Program-made: the position numbers and the translations under genes | Shown here: positions 40,101 through 55,100 of the stretch, piece by piece | Layout: each line of letters starts with the position of its first letter | How positions within the stretch are numbered: position 1 is the stretch's first letter | DNA from: Leptogorgia sarmentosa | Taxonomy: Eukaryota | Reading direction: 5' to 3' | Length of the DNA: 64,000 bases | NCBI GenBank assembly: GCA_964658305.1 | Contig: OZ210884.1 | Coordinates: 3,410,001-3,474,000, forward strand | The notes under the pieces: model-generated | The model's database searches: none | The model's input: the letters and a program-made list of their open reading frames with translations, nothing else | Told to the model about the DNA's origin: nothing

Positions 40101-43100
40101 ATTTCTTGAAAGGACAAGATGACCGGTTATGGACCAATCAACATGCAGAATTTACTCAGCCATATTCAAAACTGAATTATTGCAACGTTGCCGAGTGGTG
40201 TAATGTTTTGCTCTTTTACTTGGTTCATGTAATAAGGCAAAGTCGGCAAGATGATTTTTTCGCTCCCGGAAATCCACCAATCAACGTGTAGCATTTATCT
40301 TTTTATCTAATGAAAATAACAGACCTGATTTTTTATTTAACGGATAGAAAATTCAACATAAATTTAGTAAAATCTGCTCTGCTCGCGAAACTAACGTAGA
40401 ACTATCTTACAATAGTGTTTTCCAAAATATTAAATATAAAATAATACCGAAGCATTTTCCTTTGAATACAGAAGGCTGTTCCTTTAAAGTACTATGAATA
40501 ATCACATTTTTTTGAGATAGTTAATATTATGAATACGAAATCAATGTTTAAACCATATAAACTGTAAATACCTTCATACGGTGAAGACAAATCAATTTCC
40601 GAGCCATTTATCACAACGCTTCCTCGCAGGAGTTCGATAGTTACATCAGGGAAAATCACGGTGAGTGATTTTGTGCATGAAGGCTCTCCATTTCCACAAG
40701 GTTCATTCACTTGTCTTATTTCAAACGTGTTGTTTACTTTAGCCAAAACATATTCACATCTTCCCATGAAGTCATAGCGAGTTCCATCAAATGTGGTGTA
40801 GTGTGGGTCACCTTTTGCTTTACATGTTGCTTGAACTGTTAAATTTTGCAAAAAAATGATTAATAAAGCTATTCGTAATCAACAATTTATCATTTGAAAC
40901 TAGAAACCCTATTTCCAAGGTTATGCAGTACCGCTAGTGTACTCAATGACAAAAATTAATCTCGAAAGAAAAACTCGTTTTCTGTTCTTTTCTCAATGGC
41001 AAAATTTTACCTAAATGAAAAACTTCAGTCTCACCTAGCTGGCAATCAGGTCCTTCGTAATCACCCTTACAAACACATTTGAAGATATTGTCCACCTGAA
41101 CACACTCTTCCTTTTCGCCACAAGAAAGAATGCTACAGTTGGTGGCTAAATAATGAAAGGTACAAAAATTAATTAGAAATGTAACTGTAGCTATAGCATT
41201 ATTTTCAGAAAGAGAATAAGGAATTTTAAACAAATTACCTTCGGCTGATCCTATTTTATTTTAGGAAAAAACCTTTATAGCTACTGCAAGTGTTATGATC
41301 TTAAAATATTACAGTTCGTTCAAAGTGTGTACGTGCAATAAATCTGTTGTGGTAATATATTTTTTGATTTTTATTTCTATGCATGGTCTGTACTATGATA
41401 TACATGGCCTACAGTCTTTAGGAACTTGCAAGTTTCAAGCAATTTGGTGAAAATTTAAACAATTTTTTTGAATATATAAACCTTTCGTTTATATAATTTC
41501 TATATCGTTTATTTCATTTCTCAACGTTTTTAAGAGACATTAATAACTGTCTATAGTGCCGCCCGAAGTGCCGAATCTAAAACCTGTTGACATTTTGCGA
41601 TTTATGTTCGAAGAGATCTTATCTTCAATATGATTAACATGTAATCGCATTGGGTCTTCGTAAAATTAAGGATTAATTTCACGCGTGTTTTCAAAGTTTC
41701 GTGAAAACACGCGTGAAATTAATCCTTAATTTTACTCGGCCCCATGCGATTACCGATTACCTATACTAATATTTTGGTAATAACCAAGTTCGAAATGATA
41801 CATTTTGAGCTGCACCCGTTAAACAAAGACCTCAACATTATACGGTATTCGTTATGGTATAGATATTTCTCTAATATAAATAATTTTTGCCGACTGACTT
41901 ATTCCCATTAAAATTTCAATTGGTCAATTCATGACCAAGTGTTTCTAGAATAAATTATACATTAAATATAGAAATTTAATATGAACCATATTACATAATG
42001 AAATCAAATCAGACTCTAAAGAAGACTTGTTTTTGTCTTAATTTTCGACTGATGTGCCTTTTTGCAACGATAAATCATTATAAACACCTTTTACTCCCAA
42101 AGAAATATGAAATCAATCCCTAGTTTAATAAATATTGTCTCCATCCATAATAAAACATTTAAATGTAAGCCCAAAAAATGCATGAAAAATTTCTTTTTAG
42201 AACGAAATACTAAAAGAAAAATTACCTTGTTCGGAATACTATAATATTTTTTTAATTAATTAAGAATAGTCATTCACAGTGAAATGACAGCAATATGTAC
42301 GTTTAAATTAATACGAGATGATTGGAAATAAGATTTCAAGGCGAAAAAAATTCTGTAGAAAAACAAAACGAGACGACTGGTCGAAATAACGAATACCAGC
42401 ATAACTTTTGCCATTATAAATAAGATACATCTGAAACATGTTTATTAATGAGGTAAACGCTTAAAATGAAACAAGCTTCTTTATTTCTCTGTTTTTGGCA
42501 AAAGACGTCATAAGGTGATGTATGTGTTTTCAATACATGACAAAATGACGTCAAAAAGTCGTGTTTGTGTTTTCAATATTCAGTGGTGGCGTCATATCCC
42601 CAAATTTGGGCAATTAGCGAACAAATAATGAGTAGTTTTTGTTCGTTTATCCCGTCATTTGTCGAGAGTGATTTTTATTCAGATTGAATGCATGGAAAAC
42701 ATAGAAAGAATGAAAACAAAAAAAAACACGATAATCAATGGTTAACCCAATAATAAAGAGTAAGAGTTCAAGGCAAAATAAACATAACGTTTACCTTCGA
42801 TTTCACAGCGGACACCAGTATACCCAAGAGGGCATGAGCATGAGAACGACGATGGCCCATCATTTGAACAAGTACCACCGTTGAAACATGGAGCACTGGC
42901 ACATGGAGAGGCTAATAAAAAAAATAAATCACAATTAACGATGAACAAGGTATACTAGTTATTTTTTTAAACCTCCCTCGTAAAGTACTACCAAGCTTTC
43001 AACAGTTTGTCTCGTAAATTTTCTGTCGTCACTAGATGCGACGTCATTATGGATAACGTCTATAATGTCTAATTCTGTCACGATCAATTTTACAGTACAA

Positions 43101-46100
43101 AATCATTACTTGCATTGTGAGATGGTTAATCTCTTACCACATTGTTGATAACGAGGAAGGTTTAACCAGTCAATGTCAACTCCTTCTGAAGCACAGTCAC
43201 TGACATACGCCTCTATAGCTTGACACAGACAAACTGTAGGATTTTCTTCACAACCACATACATCATATTCACAATCTTCAATATAACCTTCCGATTCTAC
43301 ATCAATGACGCTTGAACAACTGTCAAATGGAGCAGTTAATAAAGCCGAACAGTTGGCTACAGCACTCCCTTTTCTTTCAGGGTATGTGTCGCATGGATGG
43401 TCCAAATCTGTTGCATCTTCACAATCAGGTTCAGTTTTCCAAGAGTTTCCAAAGTCTACTGCATTGTCTAAAGTTGTTCCATTTGGTGCCAAGAAATCAT
43501 CTTCAGGTTTTCGATTATACGTCCCACACAAACCTGATGTTCTGTTCAGATAGCGACCAAGCACCGTCACTCTCACATTATGCACGTTATTCCATTCAAC
43601 TGTCACACCATAATCACTTTCTACTAAAGTTTCTCTAACTTTTGGCTGTGTAATATTCACGCCGGGTCCTTGAAACACACAAAGGGTGTAAGAATTTTTT
43701 TTCCAAACAGAAGGAATATTGAGGAATTTATCAACTTAGTGAGAGGTTTGTTTGGAAACATTGCCTAATTTTTCCTATAGACTGAGGGATAAAGAACCGA
43801 GGACTGTGCAATTAGGAACGAAGAAAGATCTTTAACGTAATGACCGAGGAATTGATGTTAATGACCGATTCATTTCATGACTTTTTTCAATCACAATTTG
43901 TCCTTAAACTTTTATTTATATGTTCGCAAGCGCGCGGAATGAATTTCTTGAAAGGACAAGATGACCGGTTATGGACCAATCAACATGCAGAATTTACTCA
44001 GCCATATTCAAAACTGAATTATTGCAACGTTGCCGAGTGGTGTAATGTTTTGCTCTTATACTTGGTTCATGTAATAAGGCAAAGTCGGCAAGATGATTTT
44101 TTCGCTCCCGGAAATCCACCAATCAACGTGTAGCATTTATCTTTTTATCTAATGAAAATAACAGACCTGATTTTTTATTTAACGGATAGAAAATTCAACA
44201 TAAATTTAGTAAAATCTGCTCTGCTCGAAAAACAAACGTAGAACTATCTTACAATAGTGTTTTCCAAAATATTAAATATAAAATAATACCGAAGCATTTT
44301 CCTTTGAATACAGAAGGCTGTTCCTTTAAAGTACTATGAATAATCACATTTTTTTGAGATAGTTAATATTATGAATACGAATGTTTAAACCATATAAACT
44401 GTAAATACCTTCATACGGTGAAGACAAATCAATTTCCGAGCCATTTATCACAACGCTTCCTCGCAGGAGTTCGATAGTTACATCAGGGAAAATCACGGTG
44501 AGTGATTTTGTGCAGGAAGGCTCTCCATTTCCACAAGGTTCATTCACTTGTCTTATTTCAAACGTGTTGTTTACTTTAGCCAAAACATATTCACATCTTC
44601 CCATGAAGTCATAGCGAGTTCCATCAAATGTGGTGTAGTGTGGGTCACCTTTTGCTTTACATGTTGCTTGAACTGTTAAATTTTGCAAAAAAATGATTAA
44701 TAAAGCTATTCGTAATCAACAATTTATCATTTGAAACTAGAAACCCTATTTCCAAGGTTATGCAGTCCCGCTAGTGTACTCAATGACAAAAATTAATCTA
44801 GAAAGAAAAACTCTTTTTCTGTTCTTTTCTCAATGGCAAAATTTTACCTAAATGAAAAACTTCAGTCTCACCTAGCTGGCAATCAGGTCCTTCGTAATCA
44901 TCCTTACAAACACATTTGAAGATATTGTCCACCTGAACACACTCTTCCTTTTCGCCACAAGAAAGAATGCTACAGTTGGTGGCTAAATAATGAAAGGTAC
45001 AAAAATTAATTAGAAATGTAACTGTAGCTATAGCATTATTTTCAGAAAGAGAATAAGGAATTTTAAACAAATTACCTTCGGCTGATCCTATTTTATTTTA
45101 GGAAAAAACCTTTATAGCTACTGCAAGTGTTATGATCTTAAAATATTACAGTTCGTTCAAAGTGTGTACGTGCAAAAAATCTGTTGTGGTAATATATTTT
45201 TTGATTTTTATTTCTATGCATGGTCTGTACTATGATATACATGGCCTACAGTCTTTTGGAACTTGCAAGTTTCAAGCAATTTGGTGAAAATTTAAACAAT
45301 TTTTTTGAATATATAAACCTTTCGTTTATATAATTTGTATATCGTTTATTTCATTTCCCAACGTTTTCAAGAGACATTAATAACTGTCTATAGTGCCGCC
45401 CGAAGTGCCGAATCTAAAACCTGTTGACATTTTGCGATTTATGTTCGAAGAGATCTTATCTTCAATATGATTAACATGTAATCGCATTGGGTCTTCGTAA
45501 AATTAAGGAATAATTTCACGCGTGTTTTCAAAGTTTCGTGAAAACACGCGTGAAATTAATCCTTAATTTTACTCGGCCCCATGCGATTATCGATTACCTA
45601 TACTAATATTTTGGTAATAACCAAGTTCGAAATGATACATTTTGAGCTGCACCCGTTAAACAAAGACCTCAACATTGTACGGTATTCGTTATGGTATAGA
45701 TATTTCTCTAATATAAATAATTTTTGCCGACTGACTTATTCCCATTAAAATTTCAATTGGTCAATTTATGACCAAGTGTTTCTAGAATAAATTATACATT
45801 AAATATAGAAATTTAATATGAACCATATTACATAATGAAATCAAATCAGACTCTAAAGAAGACTTGTTTTTGTCTTAATTTTCGACTGATGTGCCTTTTT
45901 GCAACGATAAATCATTATAAACACCTTTTACTCCCAAAGAAATATGAAATCAATCCCTAGTTTAATAAATATTGTCTCCATCCATAATAAAACATTTAAA
46001 TGTAAGCCCAAAAAATGCATGAAAAATTTCTTTTTAGAACAAAATACTAAAAGAAAAATTACCTTGTTCGGAATACTATAATATTTTTTTAATTAATTAA

Positions 46101-49100
46101 GAATAGTCATTCACAGTGAAATGACAGCAATATGTACGTTTAAATTAATACGAGATGATTGGAAATAAGATTTCAAGGCGAAAAAAATTCTGTAGAAAAA
46201 CAAAACGAGACGACTGGTCGAAATAACGAATACCAGCATAACTTTTGCCATTATAAATAAGATACATCTGAAACATGTTTATTAATGAGGTAAACGCTTG
46301 AAATGAAACAAGCTTCTTTATTTCCCTGCTTTTGGCAAAAGACGTGATAAGGTGATGTATGTGTTTTCAATACATGACAAAATGACGTCAAAAAGTCGTG
46401 TTTGTGTTTTCAATATTCAGTGGTGGCGTCATATCCCCAAATTTGGGCAATTAGCGAACAAATAATGAGTAGTTTTTGTTCGTTTATCCCGTCATTTGTC
46501 GAGAGTGATTTTTATTCAGATTGAATGCATGGAAAACATAAAAAGAATGAAAACAAAAAAAAACACGATAATCAATGGTTAACCCAATAATAAAGAGTAA
46601 GAGTTCAAGGCAAAATAAACATAACGTTTACCTTCGATTTCACAGCGGACACCAGTATACCCAAGAGGGCATGAGCATGAGAACGACGATGGCCCATCAT
46701 TTGAACAAGTACCACCGTTGAAACATGGAGCACTGGCACATGGAGAGGCTAATAAAAAAAATAAATCACAATTAACGATGAACAAGGTATACTAGTTATT
46801 TTTTTAAACCTCCCTCGTAAAGTACTACCAAGCTATTCAACAGTTTGTCTCGTAAATTTTCTGTCGTCACTAGATGAGACGTCATTATGGATAACGTCTA
46901 TAATGTCTAATTCTGTCACGATCAATTTTACAGTACAAAATCATTACTTGCATTGTGAGATGGTTAATCTCTTACCACATTGTTGATAACGAGGAAGGTT
47001 TAACCAGTCAATGTCAACTCCTTCTGAAGCACAGTCACTGACATACGCCTCTATAGCTTGACACAGACAAACTGTAGGATTTTCTTCACAACCACATACA
47101 TCATATTCACAATCTTCAATATAACCTTCCGATTCTACATCAATGACGCTTGAACAACTGTCAAATGGAGCAGTTAATAAAGCCGAACAGTTGGCTACAG
47201 CACTCCCTTTTCTTTCAGGGTATGTGTCGCATGGATGGTCCAAATCTGTTGCATCTTCACAATCAGGTTCAGTTTTCCAAGAGTTTCCAAAGTCTACTGC
47301 ATTGTCTAAAGTTGTTCCATTTGGTGCCAAGAAATCATCTTCAGGTTTTCGATTATACGTCCCACACAAACCTGATGTTCTGTTCAGATAGCGACCAAGC
47401 ACCGTCACTCTCACATTATGCACGTTATTCCATTCAACTGTCACACCATAATCACTTTCTACTAAAGTTTCTCTAACTTTTGGCTGTGTAATATTCACGC
47501 CGGGTCCTTGAAACACACAAAGGGTGTAAGAATTTTTTTTCAAAACAGAAGGAATATTGAGGAATTTATCAACTTAGTGAGAGGTTTGTTTGGAAACATT
47601 GCCTAATTTTTCCTATAGACTGAGGGATAAAGAACCGAGGACTGTGCAATTAGGAACGAAGAAAGATCTTTAACGTAATGACCGAGGAATTGATGTTAAT
47701 GACCGATTCATTTCATGACTTTTTTCAATCACAATTTGTCGTTTAACTTTTATTTATATGTTCGCATGAATTTCTTGAAAGGACAAGATGACCGGTTATG
47801 GACCAATCAACATGCAGAATTTACTCCGCCATATTCAAAACTGAATTATTGCAACGTTGCCGAGTGGTGTAATGTTTTGCTCTTATACTTGGTTCATGTA
47901 ATAAGGCAAAGTCGACAAGATGATTTTTTCGCTCCCGGAAATCGACCAATCAACGTGTAGCATTTATCTTTTTATCTAATGAAAATAACAGACCTGATTT
48001 TTTATTTAACGGATAGAAAATTCAACATAAATTTAGTAAAATCTGCTCTGCTCGAAAAACAAACGTAGAACTATCTTACAATAGTGTTTTCCAAAATATT
48101 AAATATAAAATAATACCGAAGCATTTTCCTATGAATACAGAAGGCTGTTCCTTTAAAGTACTATGAATAATCACATTTTTTTGAGATAGTTAATATTATG
48201 AATACGAATGTTTAAACCATATAAACTGTAAATACCTTCATACGGTGAAGACAAATCAATTTCCGAGCCATTTATCACAACGCTTCCTCGCAGGAGTTCG
48301 ATAGTTACATCAGGGAAAATCACGGTGAGTGATTTTGTGCAGGAAGGCTCTCCATTTCCACAAGGTTCATTCACTTGTCTTATTTCAAACGTGTTGTTTA
48401 CTTTAGCCAAAACATATTCACATCTTCCCATGAAGTCATAGCGAGTTCCATCAAATGTGGTGTAGTGTGGGTCACCTTTTGCTTTACATGTTGCTTGAAC
48501 TGTTAAATTTTGCAAAAAAATGATTAATAAAGCTATTCGTAATCAACAATTTATCATTTGAAACTAGAAACCCTATTTCCAAGGTTATGCAGTCCCGCTA
48601 GTGTACTCAATGACAAAAATTAATCTCGAAAGAAAAACTCGTTTTCTGTTCTTTTCTCAATGGCAAAATTTTACCTAAATGAAAAACTTCAGTCTCACCT
48701 AGCTGGCAATCAGGTCCTTCGTAATCATCCTTACAAACACATTTGAAGATATTGTCCACCTGAACACACTCTTCCTTTTCGCCACAAGAAAGAATGCTAC
48801 AGTTGGTGGCTAAATAATGAAAGGTACAAAAATTAATTAGAAATGTAACTGTAGCTATAGCATTATTTTCAGAAAGAGAATAAGGAATTTTAAACAAATT
48901 ACCTTCGGCTGATCCTATTTTATTTTAGGAAAAAACCTTTATAGCTACTGCAAGTGTTATGATCTTAAAATATTACAGTTCGTTCAAAGTGTGTACGTGC
49001 AAAAAATCTGTTGTGGTAATATATTTTTTGATTTTTATTTCTATGCATGGTCTGTACTATGATATACATGGCCTACAGTCTTTTGGAACTTGCAAGTTTC

Positions 49101-52100
49101 AAGCAATTTGGTGAAAATTTAAACAATTTTTTTGAATATATAAACCTTTCGTTTATATAATTTGTATATCGTTTATTTCATTTCCCAACGTTTTCAAGAG
49201 ACATTAATAACTGTCTATAGTGCCGCCCGAAGTGCCGAATCTAAAACCTGTTGACATTTTGCGATTTATGTTCGAAGAGATCTTATCTTCAATATGATTA
49301 ACATGTAATCGCATTGGGTCTTCGTAAAATTAAGGAATAATTTCACGCGTGTTTTCAAAGTTTCGTGAAAACACGCGTGAAATTAATCCTTAATTTTACT
49401 CGGCCCCATGCGATTATCGATTACCTATACTAATATTTTGGTAATAACCAAGTTCGAAATGATACATTTTGAGCTGCACCCGTTAAACAAAGACCTCAAC
49501 ATTGTACGGTATTCGTTATGGTATAGATATTTCTCTAATATAAATAATTTTTGCCGACTGACTTATTCCCATTAAAATTTCAATTGGTCAATTTATGACC
49601 AAGTGTTTCTAGAATAAATTATACATTAAATATAGAAATTTAATATGAACCATATTACATAATGAAATCAAATCAGACTCTAAAGAAGACTTGTTTTTGT
49701 CTTAATTTTCGACTGATGTGCCTTTTTGCAACGATAAATCATTATAAACACCTTTTACTCCCAAAGAAATATGAAATCAATCCCTAGTTTAATAAATATT
49801 GTCTCCATCCATAATAAAACATTTAAATGTAAGCCCAAAAAATGCATGAAAAATTTCTTTTTAGAACAAAATACTAAAAGAAAAATTACCTTGTTCGGAA
49901 TACTATAATATTTTTTTAATTAATTAAGAATAGTCATTCACAGTGAAATGACAGCAATATGTACGTTTAAATTAATACGAGATGATTGGAAATAAGATTT
50001 CAAGGCGAAAAAAATTCTGTAGAAAAACAAAACGAGACGACTGGTCGAAATAACGAATACCAGCATAACTTTTGCCTTTATAAATAAGATACATCTGAAA
50101 CATGTTTATTAATGAGGTAAACGCTTGAAATGAAACAAGCTTCTTTATTTCCCTGCTTTTGGCAAAAGACGTCATAAGGTGATGTATGTGTTTTCAATAC
50201 ATGACAAAATGACGTCAAAAAGTCGTGTTTGTGTTTTCAATATTCAGTGCTGGCGTCATATCCCCAAATTTGGGCAATTAGCGAACAAATAATGAGTAGT
50301 TTTTGTTCGTTTATCCCGTCATTTGTCGAGAGTGATTTTTATTCAGATTGAATGCATGGAAAACATAAAAAGAATGAAAACAAAAAAAAACACGATAATC
50401 AATGGTTAACCCAATAATAAAGAGTAAGAGTTCAAGGCAAAATAAACATAACGTTTACCTTCGATTTCACAGCGGACACCAGTATACCCAAGAGGGCATG
50501 AGCATGAGAACGACGATGGCCCATCATTTGAACAAGTACCACCGTTGAAACATGGAGCACTGGCACATGGAGAGGCTAATAAAAAAAATAAATCACAATT
50601 AACGATGAACAAGGTATACTAGTTATTTTTTTAAACCTCCCTCGTAAAGTACTACCAAGCTATTCAACAGTTTGTCTCGTAAATTTTCTGTCGTCACTAG
50701 GTGCGACGTCATTATGGATAACGTCTATAATGTCTAATTCTGTCACGATCAATTTTACAGTACAAAATCATTACTTGCATTGTGAGATGGTTAATCTCTT
50801 ACCACATTGTTGATAACGAGGAAGGTTTAACCAGTCAATGTCAACTCCTTCTGAAGCACAGTCACTGACATACGCCTCTATAGCTTGACACAGACAAACT
50901 GTAGGATTTTCTTCACAACCACATACATCATATTCACAATCTTCAATATAACCTTCCGATTCTACATCAATGACGCTTGAACAACTGTCAAATGGAGCAG
51001 TTAATAAAGCCGAACAGTTGGCTACAGCACTCGCTTTTCTTTCAGGGTAAGTGTCGCATGGATGGTCCAAATCTGTTGCATCTTCACAATCAGGTTCAGT
51101 TTTCCAAGAGTTTCCAAAGTCTACTGCATTGTCTAAAGTTGTTCCATTTGGTGCCAAGAAATCATCTTCAGGTTTTCGATTATACGTCCCACACAAACCT
51201 GATGTTCTGTTCAGATAGCGACCAAGCACCGTCACTCTCACATTATGCACGTTATTCCATTCAACTGTCACACCATAATCACTTTCTACTAAAGTTTCTC
51301 TAACTTTTGGCTGTGTAATATTCACGCCGGGTCCTTGAAACACACAAAGGGTGTAAGAATTTTTTTTCAAAACAGAAGGAATATTGAGGAATTTATCAAC
51401 TTAGTGAGAGGTTTGTTTGGAAACATTGCCTAATTTTTCCTATAGACTGAGGGATAAAGAACCGAGGCCTGTGCAATTAGGACGGAAGAAAGATCTTTAA
51501 CGTAATGACCGAGGAATTGATGTTAATGACCGATTCATTTCATGGCTTTTTTCGATCACAATTTGTCCTTAAACTTTTATTTATATGTTCGCAAGCGCGC
51601 GGAATGAATTTCTTGAAAGGACAAGATGACCGGTTATGGACCAATCAACATGCAGAATTTACTCAGCCATATTCAAAACTGAATTATTGCAACGTTGCCG
51701 AGTGGTGTAATGTTTTGCTCTTATACTTGGTTCATGTAATAAGGCAAAGTCGGCAAGATGATTTTTTCGCTCCCGGAAATCCACCAATCAACGTGTAGCA
51801 TTTATCTTTTTATCTAATGAAAATAACAGACCTGATTTTTTATTTAACGGATAGAAAATTCAACATAAATTTAGTAAAATCTGCTCTGCTCGAAAAACAA
51901 ACGTAGAACTATCTTACAATAGTGTTTTCCAAAATATTAAATATAAAATAATACCGAAGCATTTTCCTTTGAATACAGAAGGCTGTTCCTTTAAAGTACT
52001 ATGAATAATCACATTTTTTTGAGATAGTTAATATTATGAATACGAATGTTTAAACCATATAAACTGTAAATACCTTCATACGGTGAAGACAAATCAATTT

Positions 52101-55100
52101 CCGAGCCATTTATCACAACGCTTCCTCGCAGGAGTTCGATAGTTACATCAGGGAAAATCACGGTGAGTGATTTTGTGCAGGAAGGCTCTCCATTTCCACA
52201 AGGTTCATTCACTTGTCTTATTTCAAACGTGTTGTTTACTTTAGCCAAAACATATTCACATCTTCCCATGAAGTCATAGCGAGTTCCATCAAATGTGGTG
52301 TAGTGTGGGTCACCTTTTGCTTTACATGTTGCTTGAACTGTTAAATTTTGCAAAAAAATGATTAATAAAGCTATTCGTAATCAACAATTTATCATTTGAA
52401 ACTAGAAACCCTATTTCCAAGGTTATGCAGTCCCGCTAGTGTACTCAATGACAAAAATTAATCTCGAAAGAAAAACTCGTTTTCTGTTCTTTTCTCAATG
52501 GCAAAATTTTACCTAAATGAAAAACTTCAGTCTCACCTAGCTGGCAATCAGGTCCTTCGTAATCATCCTTACAAACACATTTGAAGATATTGTCCACCTG
52601 AACACACTCTTCCTTTTCGCCACAAGAAAGAATGCTACAGTTGGTGGCTAAATAATGAAAGGTACAAAAATTAATTAGAAATGTAACTGTAGCTATAGCA
52701 TTATTTTCAGAAAGAGAATAAGGAATTTTAAACAAATTAGCTTCGGCTGATCCTATTGTATTTTAGGAAAAAAACTTTATAGCTACTGCACGTGTTATGA
52801 TCTTAAAATATTACAGTTCGTTCAAAGTGTGTACGTGCAAAAAATCTGTTGTGGTAATATATTTTTTGATTTTTATTTCTATGCATGGTCTGTACTATGA
52901 TATACATGGCCTACAGTCTTTTGGAACTTGCAAGTTTCAAGCAATTTGGTGAAAATTTAAACAATTTTTTTGAATATATAAACCTTTCGTTTATATAATT
53001 TGTATATCGTTTATTTCATTTCCCAACGTTTTCAAGAGACATTAATAACTGTCTATAGTGCCGCCCGAAGTGCCGAATCTAAAACCTGTTGACATTTTGC
53101 GATTTATGTTCGAAGAGATCTTATCTTCAATATGATTAACATGTAATCGCATTGGGTCTTCGTAAAATTAAGGAATAATTTCACGCGTGTTTTCAAAGTT
53201 TCGTGAAAACACGCGTGAAATTAATCCTTAATTTTACTCGGCCCCATGCGATTATCGATTACCTATACTAATATTTTGGTAATAACCAAGTTCGAAATGA
53301 TACATTTTGAGCTGCACCCGTTAAACAAAGACCTCAACATTGTACGGTATTCGTTATGGTATAGATATTTCTCTAATATAAATAATTTTTGCCGACTGAC
53401 TTATTCCCATTAAAATTTCAATTGGTCAATTTATGACCAAGTGTTTCTAGAATAAATTATACATTAAATATAGAAATTTAATATGAACCATATTACATAA
53501 TGAAATCAAATCAGACTCTAAAGAAGACTTGTTTTTGTCTTAATTTTCGACTGATGTGCCTTTTTGCAACGATAAATCATTATAAACACCTTTTACTCCC
53601 AAAGAAATATGAAATCAATCCCTAGTTTAATAAATATTGTCTCCATCCATAATAAAACATTTAAATGTAAGCCCAAAAAATGCATGAAAAATTTCTTTTT
53701 AGAACAAAATACTAAAAGAAAAATTACCTTGTTCGGAATACTATAATATTTTTTTAATTAATTAAGAATAGTCATTCACAGTGAAATGACAGCAATATGT
53801 ACGTTTAAATTAATACGAGATGATTGGAAATAAGATTTCAAGGCGAAAAAAATTCTGTAGAAAAACAAAACGAGACGACTGGTCGAAATAACGAATACCA
53901 GCATAACTTTTGCCATTATAAATAAGATACATCTGAAACATGTTTATTAATGAGGTAAACGCTTGAAATGAAACAAGCTTCTTTATTTCCCTGCTTTTGG
54001 CAAAAGACGTCATAAGGTGATGTATGTGTTTTCAATACATGACAAAATGACGTCAAAAAGTCGTGTTTGTGTTTTCAATATTCAGTGCTGGCGTCATATC
54101 CCCAAATTTGGGCAATTAGCGAACAAATAATGAGTAGTTTTTGTTCGTTTATCCCGTCATTTGTCGAGAGTGATTTTTATTCAGATTGAATGCATGGAAA
54201 ACATAAAAAGAATGAAAACAAAAAAAAACACGATAATCAATGGTTAACCCAATAATAAAGAGTAAGAGTTCAAGGCAAAATAAACATAACGTTTACCTTC
54301 GATTTCACAGCGGACACCAGTATACCCAAGAGGGCATGAGCATGAGAACGACGATGGCCCATCATTTGAACAAGTACCACCGTTGAAACATGGAGCACTG
54401 GCACATGGAGAGGCTAATATAAAAAATAAATCACAATTAACGATGAACAAGGTATACTAGTTATTTTTTTAAACCTCCCTCGTAAAGTACTACCAAGGTA
54501 TTCAACAGTTTGTCTCGTAAATTTTCTGTCGTCACTAGATGCGACGTCATTATGGATAACGTCTATAATGTCTAATTCTGTCACGATCAATTTTACAGTA
54601 CAAAATCATTACTTGCATTGTGAGATGGTTAATCTCTTACCACATTGTTGATAACGAGGAATGTTTAACCAGTCAATGTCAACTCCTTCTGAAGCACAGT
54701 CACTGACATACGCCTCTATAGCTTGACACAGACAAACTGTAGGATTTTCTTCACAACCACATACATCATATTCACAATCTTCAATATAACCTTCCGATTC
54801 TACATCAATGACGCCTGAACAACTGTCAAATGGAGCAGTTAATAAAGCCGAACAGTTGGCTACAGCACTCGCTTTTCTTTCAGGGTAAGTGTCGCATGGA
54901 TGGTCCAAATCTGTTGCATCTTCACAATCAGGTTCAGTTTTCCAAGAGTTTCCAAAGTCTACTGCATTGTCTAAAGTTGTTCCATTTGGTGCCAAGAAAT
55001 CATCTTCAGGTTTTCGATTATACGTCCCACACAAACCTGATGTTCTGTTCAGATAGCGACCAAGCACCGTCACTCTCACATTATGCACGTTATTCCATTC